Both the position numbers and the translations under genes were made by a program. Below are positions 48,101 to 63,900 of a DNA stretch of 64,000 nt, one piece after another (positions within the stretch are counted from its first letter, which is position 1; each line of letters starts with the position of its first letter). This DNA is from Chrysomallon squamiferum (lineage: Eukaryota > Animalia > Mollusca). A model generated the notes under the pieces. The model searched no databases. It was given only the letters and a program-made list of their open reading frames with translations, and was not told the DNA's origin. Location: NCBI GenBank assembly GCA_012295275.1, contig CM022672.1:13578001-13642000 (forward strand), read 5' to 3'.

Positions 48101-51100
48101 GTCATTTCATGTATGTTTGTTCAGTTCCAGTCACTGCTTAACAAAAGGTCATGGTATGTATTTTCTTCTATATAGGAACAAACATCAAATATACACCATA
48201 ACAGATACATATATACATACATATATATATATACACACACACATACATACATACATACATACATACATACATACATACAAAGTATATATTTGAAATTGAT
48301 ATATTATTTAGTGGAATCCTTAATTTGAAATTTTTTTTTTTAAATACTCACTTTTTAAAATTATTTGATAATTTTGTACTATTAACAAAAACTAACAAGT
48401 ATGCACCTTTTTGTTTTATAACTAACAAACAACCTTGCTTTATACTGCACATTTTAAGTCAAGAGATAAACCTAGATTTGCTTAAACCACTTTAACAGAT
48501 CTCACTTTCGGTAATGAATTTTATTACCTAAATCCTGCTTGTTGACCAGTATATCTTTACCTAGTGTTTACTCTTTGGTCAGTTAGTTTAGACAGGTGAA
48601 AACTAGCCAGTGACCCCTCGGTTCTAGTTTACTCACTGTGTCAACAACCAAAAAATGTAGATTATTTATTTTACTCCAAGATTTGTACTTATTCCCAGAA
48701 TTTTTTTGAATAATGTTTCTATGGTTTTGGTATAAAGTGGGTAATGAATAATATATAAAAATAATTACAGAAATATATTTCAAAGAGAAAAATCAGTTAA
48801 TCTTTCTCTCTCTCCCTGGTGAGAGTGTGTATGTGTATGTATGTATGTGTATGTGTGAAAGCATGTATGTGTATGTGTGAAAGCATGTATGTGTATATGT
48901 GTCTTATGGTATGTGTTTTGTTGAGAATGTGTGCATGTGTGTATCATCTTAAATTTGTGATTTGTCTTATACATATATTTTATTTTTCTGATCATCTGAA
49001 TAAATTCACGCTATAATTTATTTTACATTTATCACCTGTACTTTCAACATATTCAACAAACAGCAAAACAGCAAAAGATGCATGTATTTAAATCCTACAA
49101 CCAATGTGACTAAGAATTTTCTGCACACAACTGCTACATTTTACATCTGCACAGGCTGACATACATATCTGTCATTTACAATTTACAGAAACAAATTATT
49201 TTTTTAAACTTAATGCCCAAATCCATTATTCCATCTGGCGACATACTTTGTGTCTGGCCCCTTGGCTTCTTGGAGAGGAAGTTAATATCTTAATTTTTTT
49301 AAACTATATTTTCAAGGAAACACAAAATGATAAAAAAAATCTTGTGAGTTGTAGAGCAGTTAAAGTGTGTAGGTGGTGAACATTATTCCGTATTTTTTTA
49401 AATTTAAATAAATTACAAAGTAATCGTTTCCTTACATTTAAAAATGATAGGAATGCTGTGCATTGACATCATATATTACAGATAGATGAACAAAATGTAT
49501 TTATAACTGTTTTTGTTTTTTTTTTAATCTTTTCTTTTCTTTTCAAATGAGATGTTAATCTATTTTACAAGAACATTCAGTGAAAAATGTCACCTGTTAG
49601 TTTACTCACTTTATTTATAAATTCTATTTTTTTTATAAATGTTATTATTTGTTACCAATTATATATCTCGTTATTTTTCTTCTGCTACTTTTTGTTATAT
49701 TAGTAGCAACAGTATTCATATTACAATTATTATTATAATTTCCATTGTTATTATTATTATTTCTTTTATTAAATTATTAGTAATATTTCTGTTATCATTG
49801 TCATTATTATCATCACTGTAATTGTCATCAACATCATCATCGTTATCATTATCATCCAGTACCTTTTACACCAACGTCAGTAGATGTTTATCACATTTAA
49901 GCTGCATAAAATGAAACTGCAGCTTCTTTCATTTTGTCCACACCATTTGCATTATTACAAAACTGGGGAACCCTTTGCCCACCTCCATTTACACTAAACA
50001 TTTCTACATTAATAAAGATAGTATAATAAAAATTCCATCTTGCGGTTTACTACACGTCAAGACTGGCATTGTGGCATGCATGTTAAAGAGTGTGTTAAAG
50101 AATAAACACAGACTGGCAGAACTAGGTGAGCAAACCTGACCAAGTTTGTGAGTTTTATATGACTTGCCTGTCAATTTACTCCCTAGCGCTGCCTGTCTTT
50201 GCTATCTGGTCTGCACAATCTCACGCCGCACTTATGAAAGATGATTTATCGGCTTTAATGCAAAACTCTGGGACTAATGAAAGACAGCAACATTAAATGG
50301 GCATGAAGCAGATGAGGAAGGAAAGGGTAGGGTAGAGAAAAAAAAATAACTGATAAATAAGAAAAAGAAAAATGGGGAAATGTGCATGTGAGAGAATATG
50401 AAAGAATGAAACAGAGAGTGAGTGAATGTGGAAATGGAAAGAATTCTGTAAGGAAAGAAAAATAAAGAGAGAGAAAAAAATGGATATATGAAAGAGATAA
50501 GCAGAGAGGAAGAGGGTGAGAGAAAATAGGAAAGATAAGGAAAGAGAGAAAGAAAGAAAGAGGATGAAAAAAGAAATGGATGAAACAGAAAAGGGAAGTC
50601 AGAGATTAGGAATAACACAGAAACAGAAAGATGATCTTATTCTCATATATTTGTTTTAATGTTTATAAAATATTAGAAAATCTAACTTTTTAATATCATC
50701 TTACTTCTGTCTGTTTACAGATGACTATGTATCTTACTTTCTATCTTTTATTATAAACAATATTAACTATATTCATATGTATGTATATGTAAATAACATA
50801 TGCTTTTGTAAATGTATATATAAAGACACCACCATGTATATGTGTATGCTGTGCATGTTTATGTGCAGATTTATGTGCAGATCATATGAAATAAATAAAT
50901 ACACAAATAAAAGAAAAGAAACAAGAAGAAAGGAACCCACCTCAAAAAATCAAAATTAAAAACCATTAGGATCTCCCATTTCTCCTCCCCCTTTTGAAAG
51001 TTATGAAGATCTGCTGAGACCTGACACCTGTGTGACAAACTCTTAGTGCACAGAAAGCTGTGGCATACAGACAGTAACACACACCAGTACAAATACCAGA

Positions 51101-51430
51101 CAGTTTATGTTTAATTCTAAACAGGTCAGTGTCTCTGTCAAACAAACAGTACTCACATACTTGTACAGAGTGAAAACTATGTGCGACAGACATAATAGAA
51201 ATACATTATGTAACAATGTAGAAAAAATACAGTTAAACAAACAGTATTCACATACTTGTACAGTGTGAAAGCTATGTGTAACATTAGATAATCTGATTGT
51301 GTAACAGTGTAAGATAATACAGACAGTACTGTATTACACAGATCAAAGAATTGTCAGAAACAACAAACATATGGTGTCACAAAATGAAAAGAAGAAAAAG
51401 ATTAACACAATAACAAATTCATACATACAC

Positions 51431-51524
<94 letters not shown>

Positions 51525-52290
51525 ATGGCCTGTATAAAACTGCCTATTAAAATATATTGTATAAAAATTTAGATCTTTGTTCAACTTGTATTCACATAAA
51601 AATACCACAATCATTTTTAAATGTGGTAATTATCATAATTACATTATATGTCAGTTAAAAATTCATAAACACTGTCAGCTAAATGAACACACTGTACAAT
51701 TATTAAATTAAAAAATAAAATAAAAATATGTTCATAAAAAGGTACAAGAAATTTATCAGTTACAAATATTAAAATAAAGCCTTATAAAACCATGTTTTTT
51801 TAATTTTATTATTATTATTATTACTATCATTATTATTAATATACAACTCCCTCTATTGTTGATAAAAAGTGTTAAAAATACAAAAAACAAAGATCATAAC
51901 ACTGTCCATCAAAGTGATACATTGTTTAAATAAATGTTATGGAAACGTGTAACACTGATGGAGTGTAAAATCTCCCATGTTTAACCTGTGAGATAGTTTG
52001 AAGATAAAGCTATCAAATTTGACAAAGGATATGCGAATATATTTGTTAAGGTTATAAACCTAATCCACAGAAAATCCAACTGGATTAAGTATGATACAAT
52101 CTTGTATTTCAATCACTCTTTTCCCGTTGAATGATTTCAGACGTAAAAAAAATATTCAATGTTTTTTTTAACTACATTAAATTCGAAATATGCTCAAGCA
52201 GATTAAAGAATAAAATTTCTGCACCCCAGTTCATGAATTCTTCTGTATTTCTTATATTAATTATACCTAAATCATATCTTCAGTTTTGTG

Positions 52291-52349
<59 letters not shown>

Positions 52350-52733
52350 GTAATAGCAATAAAAACAAACAATGCATATATATTCTTATCTGAAATTCAG
52401 TATTATAATAAACATATTAGAATCCTGTGGAAGATGACAGTATGGTTATAATTATGAAATTTTGTTTTTAAAGTTACAATAGTGCATAATAGTGATAGCA
52501 CACAATGTGCAACTTTTTACAAGGAGACATTATTTTGCTATTGTTTTTCTTTCACTTGTTTATTAATTTAATATTATTATTTATTTATTTATTTATTTTT
52601 TATTTATTTGTTGTATGTTTGTGGAGTGAAGTAATAGTTGTATTCATATTATTAGTTTTAGCTTTTTAGCTGCAACTGTAATATGCTGTTTGTGTCTGTC
52701 TTTGTTTTTTTCACTTCAAGAATTTTTTTTTTC

Positions 52734-52768
<35 letters not shown>

Positions 52769-53109
52769 TTTCTTTTCTTTTTTACAGTTTTCCTTATTCA
52801 TGCCCTATTTCAATCATATTTTTCAAGAGTAAGCTGAAGTTTCCTAGAATTTTCTGAGACTTTTCCTGGAATAATTTGGAAACCAGGCCATATGTACAGA
52901 CCAGAGCATTTGGTGACTCATTTTGTAAGTATCTGAGCAGGCAAGCTGTAAAGATTTTTTAATTGCAAACTGGAAACGTTTTCCTTTTCTTACAGTCATA
53001 TTTTAACTTTGTTCAACACACAAAGCAACTTTTGTGTATGAAGACTGAAGAATATTAAATATACAAACAATTTTCTTTCAATTTAATAATAATAATGATG
53101 ATGAAGGAT

Positions 53110-53147
<38 letters not shown>

Positions 53148-53645
53148 AATAACAGTAACAACATCTGTGTGATAGTAATAACAGCAGTATTATCTTTGAT
53201 GATTATGATGATGACAGTGATGATAAAAATAAAAACCCTTGCTGCATCAGTACTAATAGCAGAATAAGTATCAAAAGCAATGACAGTAGTTGCTCTAGTA
53301 AGAATAGTAGTAGCTGCTGAAATTTACTAAGTGTAGTGATAAATAACAGTACTTAATAGTAATACTAGTAGAAACTAGTGGTAATTGTAGTTGTAACTAT
53401 AGCAGATATAGATGTAGTATTATTAATGGTAGTAGAAATAATAAAAAGCAACAACTTATTATATGTACAGCAGTAGCAATAATAATAAATACAAGACTAT
53501 AGATATTTCAAGGACACAATGCATGACAAAAATTTTAATTTATTAATGGAGAAATAAATATATTCGTATTTACACCTTTATTAATTTAATATATTTTTCT
53601 CCTGGGCTGTCTTGATTCACACCTCTATCTAAATAATAATAATAA

Positions 53646-53676
<31 letters not shown>

Positions 53677-54395
53677 AAAAAAAACTAATAGTAATTATAA
53701 TATGTATAATATTACTGGTAATAATAATAAATGCATAGTACTTATAACAATTCTAATAACAAAAATAAATGCATAGTAGTAATAGCGAGAAGCTTGTGAA
53801 ATAACAAACTACTACAGTTATAGTTACAACTGCAGTCACAGTGATAGTACAACAAGCAGCACTAGTTGTAATAGTAATAAATAAATAAATAATCCAATAT
53901 TTTAAAGCCTGCTGAATTAATTAAAGTGCTGGGGCTACATTAAACAAACGCACTGTTGCTGTAGACTGGAGGAAATGTTTAAGACAAGTGGGAGTTGTTT
54001 GGCATTCCATTTAGCTGGCTTAAAGTTTACATAAATCTCAGTACCAATCTTATCAGCCACACTGAAACAGGGTCAACGGCTTTAGGCCAAACAAACAAAA
54101 CATTATGGTTTTTCGTCTACGATCATTATAACGCATCAATATTGGTGTTTTGGCGGGACTGTGTGCGTTACCAGCATTGCAGTTTTCACTGAAGCAAAAA
54201 TTATCAATAAGTAGTAATTAATTCAACCCAAGTAATTAATTCAACCTGACATGCAGTTGAATCGGTACATACCACCTGACATGCAGGTGCACCATTATGA
54301 TCATATATCCCAGGACAAGATTAAACATTTCAAAAAGGATAGGCCATGATCACAAACGGTTGATTTAATTTGAAAGGAGATCTGAGTTTTATTCT

Positions 54396-54486
<91 letters not shown>

Positions 54487-54965
54487 TATATATATACACA
54501 CATACAAATAAAGTAATATATGGTTGTAATGTGCATTGGTTGTACCATTCATAAAATATGTAAGCATTCAAGCATGCAAATGTACAATGAAGTTTACGAA
54601 AAACTGTAGCATAAAAAGTTTCTGTGAAGATGGTGAGTTTTATTACAGTGTGTACGGTAACTGACATCAGTCAAGTGTACATGGCTATGAATGGCTGTAT
54701 ACAGTTCAACCTGTTGACATAAAGTTTACACGAGTCTGAAAATCTTCTTTGTCCATTGGTGATTAACACAAATATCCAGTGTCCAGTTATCTACAGTGTT
54801 TTATAGGCTTGTCATCAGTCAGTATCTGAATAATAATGTATTGTGTTATTTTCTAAAATACACAGTAAGAAAGTGGAAAGCCCTCATTAAATTTTATTAT
54901 ATACATGTCACTTGTTAATTAATATATATATATGTATATATTTCTTATTTTTGGTATATACTTAG

Positions 54966-55001
<36 letters not shown>

Positions 55002-55788
55002 ATGCGTGCATGTGCATTTGTATGTGATTATCTTTTCATTATGTGTATCTCTGTTTTCTCTCTATTTTATAATTGATATGTACATGTAAATTTTGTGTGT
55101 ATTTATGTTTATGTGTAGGATAAAATATTCTTGTGTGTTTTACTTTTTTTACATTCTCTGTTGTTTTCCCCTCATACTTTTACAAAAACATGAATTTTAA
55201 ATAATAAAAAAAAATTTACATATATTTATTTTTATTTTATTTACCATTTGGAAACTTAAAATATTATAATAATTTTTTTTAAATAATAAAAATACAATAA
55301 ATAACATAACATAACATAGCATGAACAAAAATAACAAACAAACAATATAATAAAGTGACATAACAGTACAGTGTTAATTTTCACAAGTCCACAGAGGCTG
55401 TTTGGTTTACATTTAAATCATTTTTTTAATATTTGAATTATCTGGACAAGGTCAGGTTTGATTTATTATTTTCTCAAATCTGATAGCAGTTTTAACAAAA
55501 AGTGACAATGGCTGGCTTATTACATAATGAAGGTTATGATCCTCAGCATAATTTTTTTAAGCAGCAGTGGAGTAAATAGGAGAATGTGTAATATGAACAA
55601 GTGTGTATCAGTTGAAATTATTAACTCACAGCCTTAAGAAGCTTGAGAGTTATTTTAAACATTTCCACACTTTATAATATATATGTATATATATAAGGCA
55701 ACTTTTTTTTCCCCAGTTGTATAAAGTCCAGAATATTTAAATGAGAAGTGAATCAACATCAAAAATCCCCTCCCAAACACCTTGCAAA

Positions 55789-55822
<34 letters not shown>

Positions 55823-57034
55823 AATAATAAAAAATAAAAGTATTCAACAATTTATTATACACTTGAATAAAATCATAATCTCTTCTTTAGTATTTCCAAA
55901 ACTGTAGATGTGGAGTCTTGATCCTCATTATCACTGTGGCTTAGATGGCCATTTAATTACAAAAATGTAATTGGTTTTTGAAAATGTCCCAATATTTGGA
56001 AGAAAAAAAACAACAAAAACGAACAAAACACACACACACATACAAAAGAAACCCAATATTTATCTTGTTTTAATTGTTTTTGTGTTTTTTTTGTGATTAT
56101 AACAATGTTAAACTGTATTTTTTATGTGATTATAACAATGTTAAACTATTTTTTTTGTGTAATTTATAGTTAGTGTAAATTTATAACTATGTATTTTTAT
56201 GGCTACTACAGTGCTATTTTTGTTGTTGTTATAATTCTGTACATTTATATCTGTGTTAAACTTTGTATTTTTTAACTTTTTCTATTTTTTTATTTTTATT
56301 TTTTTACTGTTGTTACTTTAACAGTGTTAAACTGATTTAATTTTTCTATGGTTTAGCTGTGTACGTTTATAACTGTGTTAAGCTGATGTAATTGACTTAT
56401 TACGGTAACATGTGGGTTTGATAAAGTGAGCTGGCTGGGAATCTTTGATGTATTAGCCAAGGTTTACACTGGCATAACACAACTTTGTAAAAGTAGCAGT
56501 GTTTGCTTTTCATCACCCACATTATAAAAACGTAATGGAATTTAACAGTCACAGATCATATGGGTGCATACAGAACTAAACTTACAATAAGGGCTTTTTT
56601 CAATGTTTATTTTTCGGATTATTCTGTAACACTGTTTTCCTACAGGAATATCAGATTACCAACCAGATACATAAATATAGTTACATGAAAGTATTTTTTA
56701 TTTTTTATTTTTTTTTTTTTTTTTTTTATTTTTTTAAATCCTTCTGGCAATTTTCCATAAAAATTCAAATAGATTCTGGTGCTGAAATAGCAGACCATTT
56801 TCCTGAATTGTGTAAAAATTAATTCATAAAAGTTCAGGGATATATAACTGCCTTCTTCAGTAATACATGATAAAAAATTACAAAAGGCTTTAAATATTTA
56901 TTTACTTACTTATTTGAGAATATAAGAATTTTCCTTGAAAACTATTCAGTACAACAACACACACATGTACACTTTGTTCAAAACTGTTAACGTTCTAAAA
57001 TGTATTACTATATCAGTATATGTAATAAAAGAAT

Positions 57035-57068
<34 letters not shown>

Positions 57069-57179
57069 TTAAATCTAGAATGTAACTACAATTAAAAGTA
57101 CTTTCATTCAAATATATCACATATAAATACCCTTTGTTTAAAAAACTAAAATTAAATCATAAATGTACATAAAAATCAA

Positions 57180-57555
57180 CTTAAATCTTAAAATTAATTG
57201 TAAATATAAGAAATTTCATTGAACACTTTCCAATAAACTGTATGTACTCTTCATTCAAAACTATTCAAAAATGAAAATAAAATAAATAAATAATAAACAT
57301 CCTAAATCTTGAATTTAAGCTACATATATCATCATTTTCTTTGAAAAATATTCTAACTAAAACATTTATATATATATATATTCATCTTAAATTTTGAATA
57401 TAAGCTACATAAATATATAAATAAGCACTTTCATGTAAGCTACATATATCAGGACTCTCTTCCAAAACTATTCTAAATGTTTATATAAAAATCATCTTAA
57501 ATTTTGAACATAAGCTACACATATAATAACATAAGCACTTTCATTCAAAACTGTT
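57180..57555. repeat. Degenerate ~110 bp tandem repeat
   Basis: Recurring catcttaaattttgaatataagctacat...ataagcactttcat. Confidence 0.7.
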
Positions 57556-58673
57556 CTCTTGAGATAGATTTACTGAGAGTAACCTAACACTGTGAGGAAG
57601 TATTTAGATAGCCTTTCTATGTTTAGAACTGATGCTGAAATATCGGTACAGCAAAACTTCAGCCAAACATCCATTACGAATACAAACATTACCACTGATA
57701 CAGCTGGAAGCAGAGAGAAGCAGGTCACATAAGTGTGGCACTTAACACATGATACTCCCCACTGACTGAACACTCTCAGAAGTCAAGTTATTAGTTATGT
57801 AGTAATTATAAAGTATTATGGCATGACTGGATGTTAAATATCTTTGGTATTATTCAATGATCTGTTATTATTAGATTTCTTTTCTCTTTATTTTATATAT
57901 ATATATTTATATTATTTGCTTTATTAATTTATTTTCTTAACCTTTTTTTTTGTTTAACTATTAAAAGTATTATTAGTATTTTGTTACTGTAAATTAATAT
58001 ATGTTTGTATATTTATCTACACAGAAGATACCAATGGTATCCACAGAAACATGTGTAAACCTATGATAATTAAATATTCCTGCACAAACTACAACTTTTT
58101 CTTTTTTTTTTATTTATTTAAAAATTTTTTTTTATAAATTATTGACAGCACCAAATAAATCTCATTGCTGAACTCAAAACAAATAACCGATGAAAGTATA
58201 TGAAATGTAAAATAATACATAATTCTTAGTAATTTCAATACATTAACATTAAATGAAACAAACTATAAAAAACGATATGAATATTCAATAAAAGATGAGT
58301 ATCAAAATGAATAAATAAATAATAATTTCAACAGTCAACCTGACAGACAATAAAACTGAATAAAACACTGATTATCTGGTGTCAACAAAATGCCAAATGA
58401 TAACCGATACTGAAGTGAAATAGATAAAACAGGGTATCACGCTGTTAAAATTGTAAATCTTGCCAAATGCTAAAACGCTTAACAAATATTGCTTAAATAA
58501 ATTGTAAATGTTAAATACCATCTACTAGAATATCAAATATCATCAAATTTATTATTTTAATATTACAGAAGACTGCAAGATTGTGCTGGAGAAAATCTGA
58601 AACATAACAGTTTGGGTATTTTTGATAAGCAATACATTTAACAGAAGTTAAATTTTTCTAGGTGCTACAAACA

Positions 58674-58900
58674 GGCTATTTCCCATTCCAGCCAGGGTCT
58701 TATGGCTGGTTTAGCTCAGGTTATTTGTACTATCCTTTTTATGAGAAGGTGCACATAAACAAACACTTGCTACTACCAGCAAAAAAGCAGCCTATGATGG
58801 TTTTCCATCTCATTATCTATTGGTCCTGAACAACATGTATAATGCAATGCAACAACAGATTTAAGTGCATCAATAAATGACAATATTTTTTTTTCCTTTC
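58674..58900 (+). mobile_element. Decayed SINE-like interspersed repeat
   Basis: ggctatttcccattccagccag...gaaggtgcacataaac...cttgctacta...gcagcc shared with the copy at 46519. Confidence 0.6.
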
Positions 58901-59270
58901 TGTCATATAAATTCTGAATAAACCTTTGCTCTGAAGAGTCAACCAATGATTAGAAATGGCCTTATAGTGTAGAAGACAGAGAAATGATTCTGTAATCCAT
59001 CTAGTTTAAAGCAAGCACTACATCAAAGAACTGTAAGCACTTAAAAAAGAATATGTGTCATAACCATAAATTCAGAATGAAAGGACACTTTTCTTAATGT
59101 CGTTTTGTGTAGGCCTGTTCATTCCTTCTAAAATACTGTCCAAAGTACAATAGGGAGACAGAATGATTTCTAAAAAAGATTTTTTTTTAAATTATTATTT
59201 TTTGAATTTAATTTAATTTAATTTAATTTAATTTAATTTAATTTAATTTAATTTAATTTAGTTTATTATT

Positions 59271-59322
<52 letters not shown>

Positions 59323-60858
59323 TTACATTGTTGTTTTTTTGTTTTTTTTGGTATATGCATAAAACTAAACACAGACAACAGATAATAAAAAGATTCTTAA
59401 GTAATGACCCTGAGGGAATAATTACCTGCATTTGACCTTACACCTGTAGCTGATTGTTGAATGAAGGTAAAGTACATGGAAGTTGTACACTATCAGAATG
59501 TCAACAGTTTGTTTTTAGAATTCACTTCAAGTGCACCTGTAACAGGACTTTGCTGAAGTGGCTGTTAACATGTGTTTTTTTTACAATACACACGAAGGTA
59601 TTTTAATACAGTTTTAACCCATTCACCTTTATAGAGGGATTTGGTTAAGGGACTTTCAATAAAACGGATAAAGAGAAATATCGGATTTAATTATTCAGGG
59701 AGGGAAGTAATTATCCTAAGAAGAAGGGAGAAATTATTTTGGGGTGCATGAATAAAGAAATAAAATTTTAAAAAAATGTCTTGAATGACTAAAAATGCTA
59801 TTAATGTAAATTAGAACTGTTTGGAATAAAAAGATAATTTTTCTAGGCAATTATAACAGTACATGTTAATTTATATTTGTTGTTGCATATGTAAGGATAT
59901 TCAAATAACTGTAAATGTAAATTCTAATTATTAAGTATATCAGTAATTGGAAATAATCTTCTTTTTATATTTTATTATTTTACTTTATTTTTTTTCTTAG
60001 ATAAAGTTCTATCTGCATATGATTTGAGAAATATATATTATTGCAGTTTTTTAATTATCAAGGTATTTTCTTTAGGCTCTGAATTACCTGTAATTAGGAT
60101 TACTTTTAAGACACTCATGAGCAAACAGTCACATAAAATATAAATGATATATATATATATAAATTACTGTTGTTTTCCTCAGTAACAAATGTTCATTAGA
60201 AACTGTTATGTCAGTAAATAAAGCCTGATAAATCAGTAATTCAAACTATTTTCCAGTTGTCAGTTACTGGGGTATTGCTTACATATATTTGAAATGTACA
60301 AAAAGAAATTTTTATTAAGCATTTAAAAATATCTGTCCAGTTTTAATGCAATGATGGATGATAAAATCATGCATGGGTGAAAGAACAATAATGTTTATTG
60401 CAGTTGCCAAAACACAATGGCATTATGGAGAGAGAACACTTATATCACAAACCGTCAAATAAGAATGATTTTTCAACACAGTTTACCTTTTTTTTTCTGA
60501 ACTTGATACAGTGATGGCAAAAAAAAACATTGGCAGCTAATATAGGCAACAGATTTATTTCAAATTAGTACTGCTTTTTATAACTTCTTTTTATATCATA
60601 AAACTTTGGTGAATGCATGCTATTGTCAATCATATACTGGAAATTTTTCGTAAACAGCCTAAATTTTATTTTTTACAGTATGTATGTAATAAAACAATTT
60701 GGAAAAGATATCTTTATTATGTTTATAACAGAAGTTGAAAGAAAATATCTATTAAGACTCAATAGCAATATTTTGTTGAATAATTAATTACTGTAAAAAT
60801 TACAATGAACATATAACATTAAGCATATAATACATCCTGGTATCAACAATTTTTTTTG

Positions 60859-60907
<49 letters not shown>

Positions 60908-63900
60908 ATATCACACAGTCATAATCACATACAGTATATATTATATGTGTACCATACACAGTCCTGCCAGGTTGAATTGACCAGCAGAGCCAAGAATAAC
61001 CCAGTCTGGCTTCCAGACTTGGTAATGACAGACATATTCTGGTTCAAAGAGATTCTAACCAATTCTACAAACATCTGGGAACTGTGCCAAACAAAGAGAG
61101 TCAAAAGTAGACCAGCTCTCAGTGTAAGAAAATGTTATCATTCAGAGCTAGGTGAAAAATACCAACACATCCATAAACACATACATTATACATGTTAGGT
61201 GCTAACACATGTGCATACATATGTAGAGAGATATATACATATCTATCTGCCTACATATATATATATATGCATACAAACATACACAAATTTTTTTTTTTAA
61301 CAAAATGAAATGAAATGAAATAAAATAAAATAAAATAAAATAAATCACAAAATGAAAACGACAAATAGAAATTAAACCAACTGAAAACAATTACTTTGTG
61401 ATTGGTAATGTCAGATTTTAAATTCAGGTTAATCAATGTTGTCAGTGGATTTCTTTTCTTTTTTTCCCTGATATGTAAGTGAACTGATGTAATACTCATG
61501 CATGTCAAACATTATTACCTAATAAATCTATTCCAGGACTCTTGAATTTGTATTTCCCTTGTCTATGCTTGGATGGAAATGAACATTTTATTTTTCAAGG
61601 CATTTTGAGGCTTCTCCTGAATATTTTTTGATGAGGTATGGGAAATAAAATTCTGATTTCCATTAGAGCTTTTTCAAAAGAATTTAATACCCACAAAACA
61701 ATGATTATCTTACTTTATTTGATTTTTAATAACAAAAATTAAATGTCTGAAGAAGCAAAAATCTTTGACTTAAATTTTTTAGTTTTCCTTAATTTTAGAC
61801 ATTATTTACTTTTTTTTTTTTTTTTTTTTCTATTGTAGCAGATAACAGAAGGTGAGAAATGTCTATTGTTGTTTCTGACACTCACCTGTAGAAAATCAGT
61901 GCCCTGCCTGTACAGGTGATATTCACTGACAATCTTTGTGTGTCCAAAAAGGTAAAGACAAATGAAAAGGTCAGAGTTCAAGTGGCTTAGACATTTCCAA
62001 ACACTGGGCACAGTGACCAAATACTTGAGAAAATGGTTTATTTATTACCTTTGAAAATGTAAACAAGAACTGATTACTGATTAATGGGGCACCTGTACAG
62101 GTACAAATAGGAATGAGGATGTAAGTGATATGTGACCAACATCCAGAAAGAATAACAACTGTCACAAAACTGCCATTTAACTGCTAAGCCAATAATCTGA
62201 GTATGCCACACACACTGAGAAATTCTACAAATGACTGGAAACACTTATTATGTGTATATCTTTGTGTGTGCATATTAAGTGCTGACAGACAGATCAGTAA
62301 TGAAAACGTATAAAAGACAAAAAATGTTAATTAAGATTGATTTGTAATAAATAATCAAAATAAGTCTGGTAAAACATTTGTAGATTCGAGTTCACAGGCT
62401 TGTTAATATATATTATTCCAAGATATGTGTAATTTCAAATATATGTATTTTAATAATTTTTTAATACATTATTTTAATATGTAATAATGTGAATTTTACT
62501 CTATACAAACCAATATGCTGTAAACTGACATCATATTGTAAGACAGTTTATCTCATTCTATATAGCCGAGATATACTAACACAAATTACTTTCTACAGAG
62601 CTGAGTCTACCTAATATATACAGAGTTTAACACACAAAAATTGTCTAGAACAAACCAAGCCTTATTTCTAGTGCCCACATGCAGACAAGAAGACCCAAAG
62701 TATGGCAGCAGGGAGTAATTACACTATGGTCTCCAAGGAAACCAGATCCCATAACTGAAATCAAAGACGATGGTGGGGGGAAGCAGAGATTCTTTACACT
62801 TGACTGAACATCTTTGTATTTCCAGCAGGCAGTCATTCATTTAGTCAGTGGCTTGGTTTCCCCTTGGTGAAACAATTAAACACCTGTATGACAGAATGCA
62901 GATCTCATCACAGCAGTATCGCATAGCAGGCGCAAAGTACTGGAGTTTGTATTACAGTGTACTAATTGTTCAACGGTCCACACTGAATGAAATACGATGA
63001 AAGCATCATGTACCACAATGTCTTAAAATGTACTGCACAGTGGTAAGTAGGGTATGACGAAAGCACCAGGAAACACAATGTATTAATTTCAGTATGAGGT
63101 GGAGGAGAAAAATGGTATTTGATGACATCACTGTGAATCAGTGAATATTAAAGATTACAGGTATTTTGAAATCAGTATCATATACAGATTTTAATGATAT
63201 CTTGTAATGCACCTTTTTTTATTTACAAAGTACTAATGAGATTACAGCAAAAACTGGAAGTTATTTAATGAAAGCACAGAAAACTCAGAGTTCTTAGTAT
63301 AAATATATTTTAATGAAAATCCAAGAACCACATTGAAATACAGTGTGTTTGTTGTATTAGTCATTTGAAGAATATAATCTGACAAGGGTATAGTATACCA
63401 ATGAATCAAAATATTATATAGTACTATGGTTGAATAGAATCTGAGTACCACAAAATATTACAATGTACTAACTGTACTTCACCAACTTGGAAAAAAATGT
63501 CCTGCAAGCATGGACAAATGCATGTATTACAATGTACAGCTTATACAATAAGTGTAAATACTGCCTGGAATTTGATGCAAACATCAAATACCACTGTTTT
63601 ACAATGTACCAGTTGTTATTACAATAAATGGTAAAATGTGTTGCGAGTATCACAATATGTTACAATGTTTTCACATTAATTTTAGAACTAAATAGTTTCC
63701 TCAGAATAGTACTAGCGCTGGCTTGTGTGTGACGCAATGAGTCCAGTGTATTACAATGCATTAATTGTACAACTGTCAGTAGTGAATGGAATTTGATGCA
63801 AACATCTAATACTACTTTGTTTTACAATGTATCAGTTGTATTACAGTCAACAGAAATAAACTTAATGTGACGACCGTGTATCATCATGTATTTGTATTAC

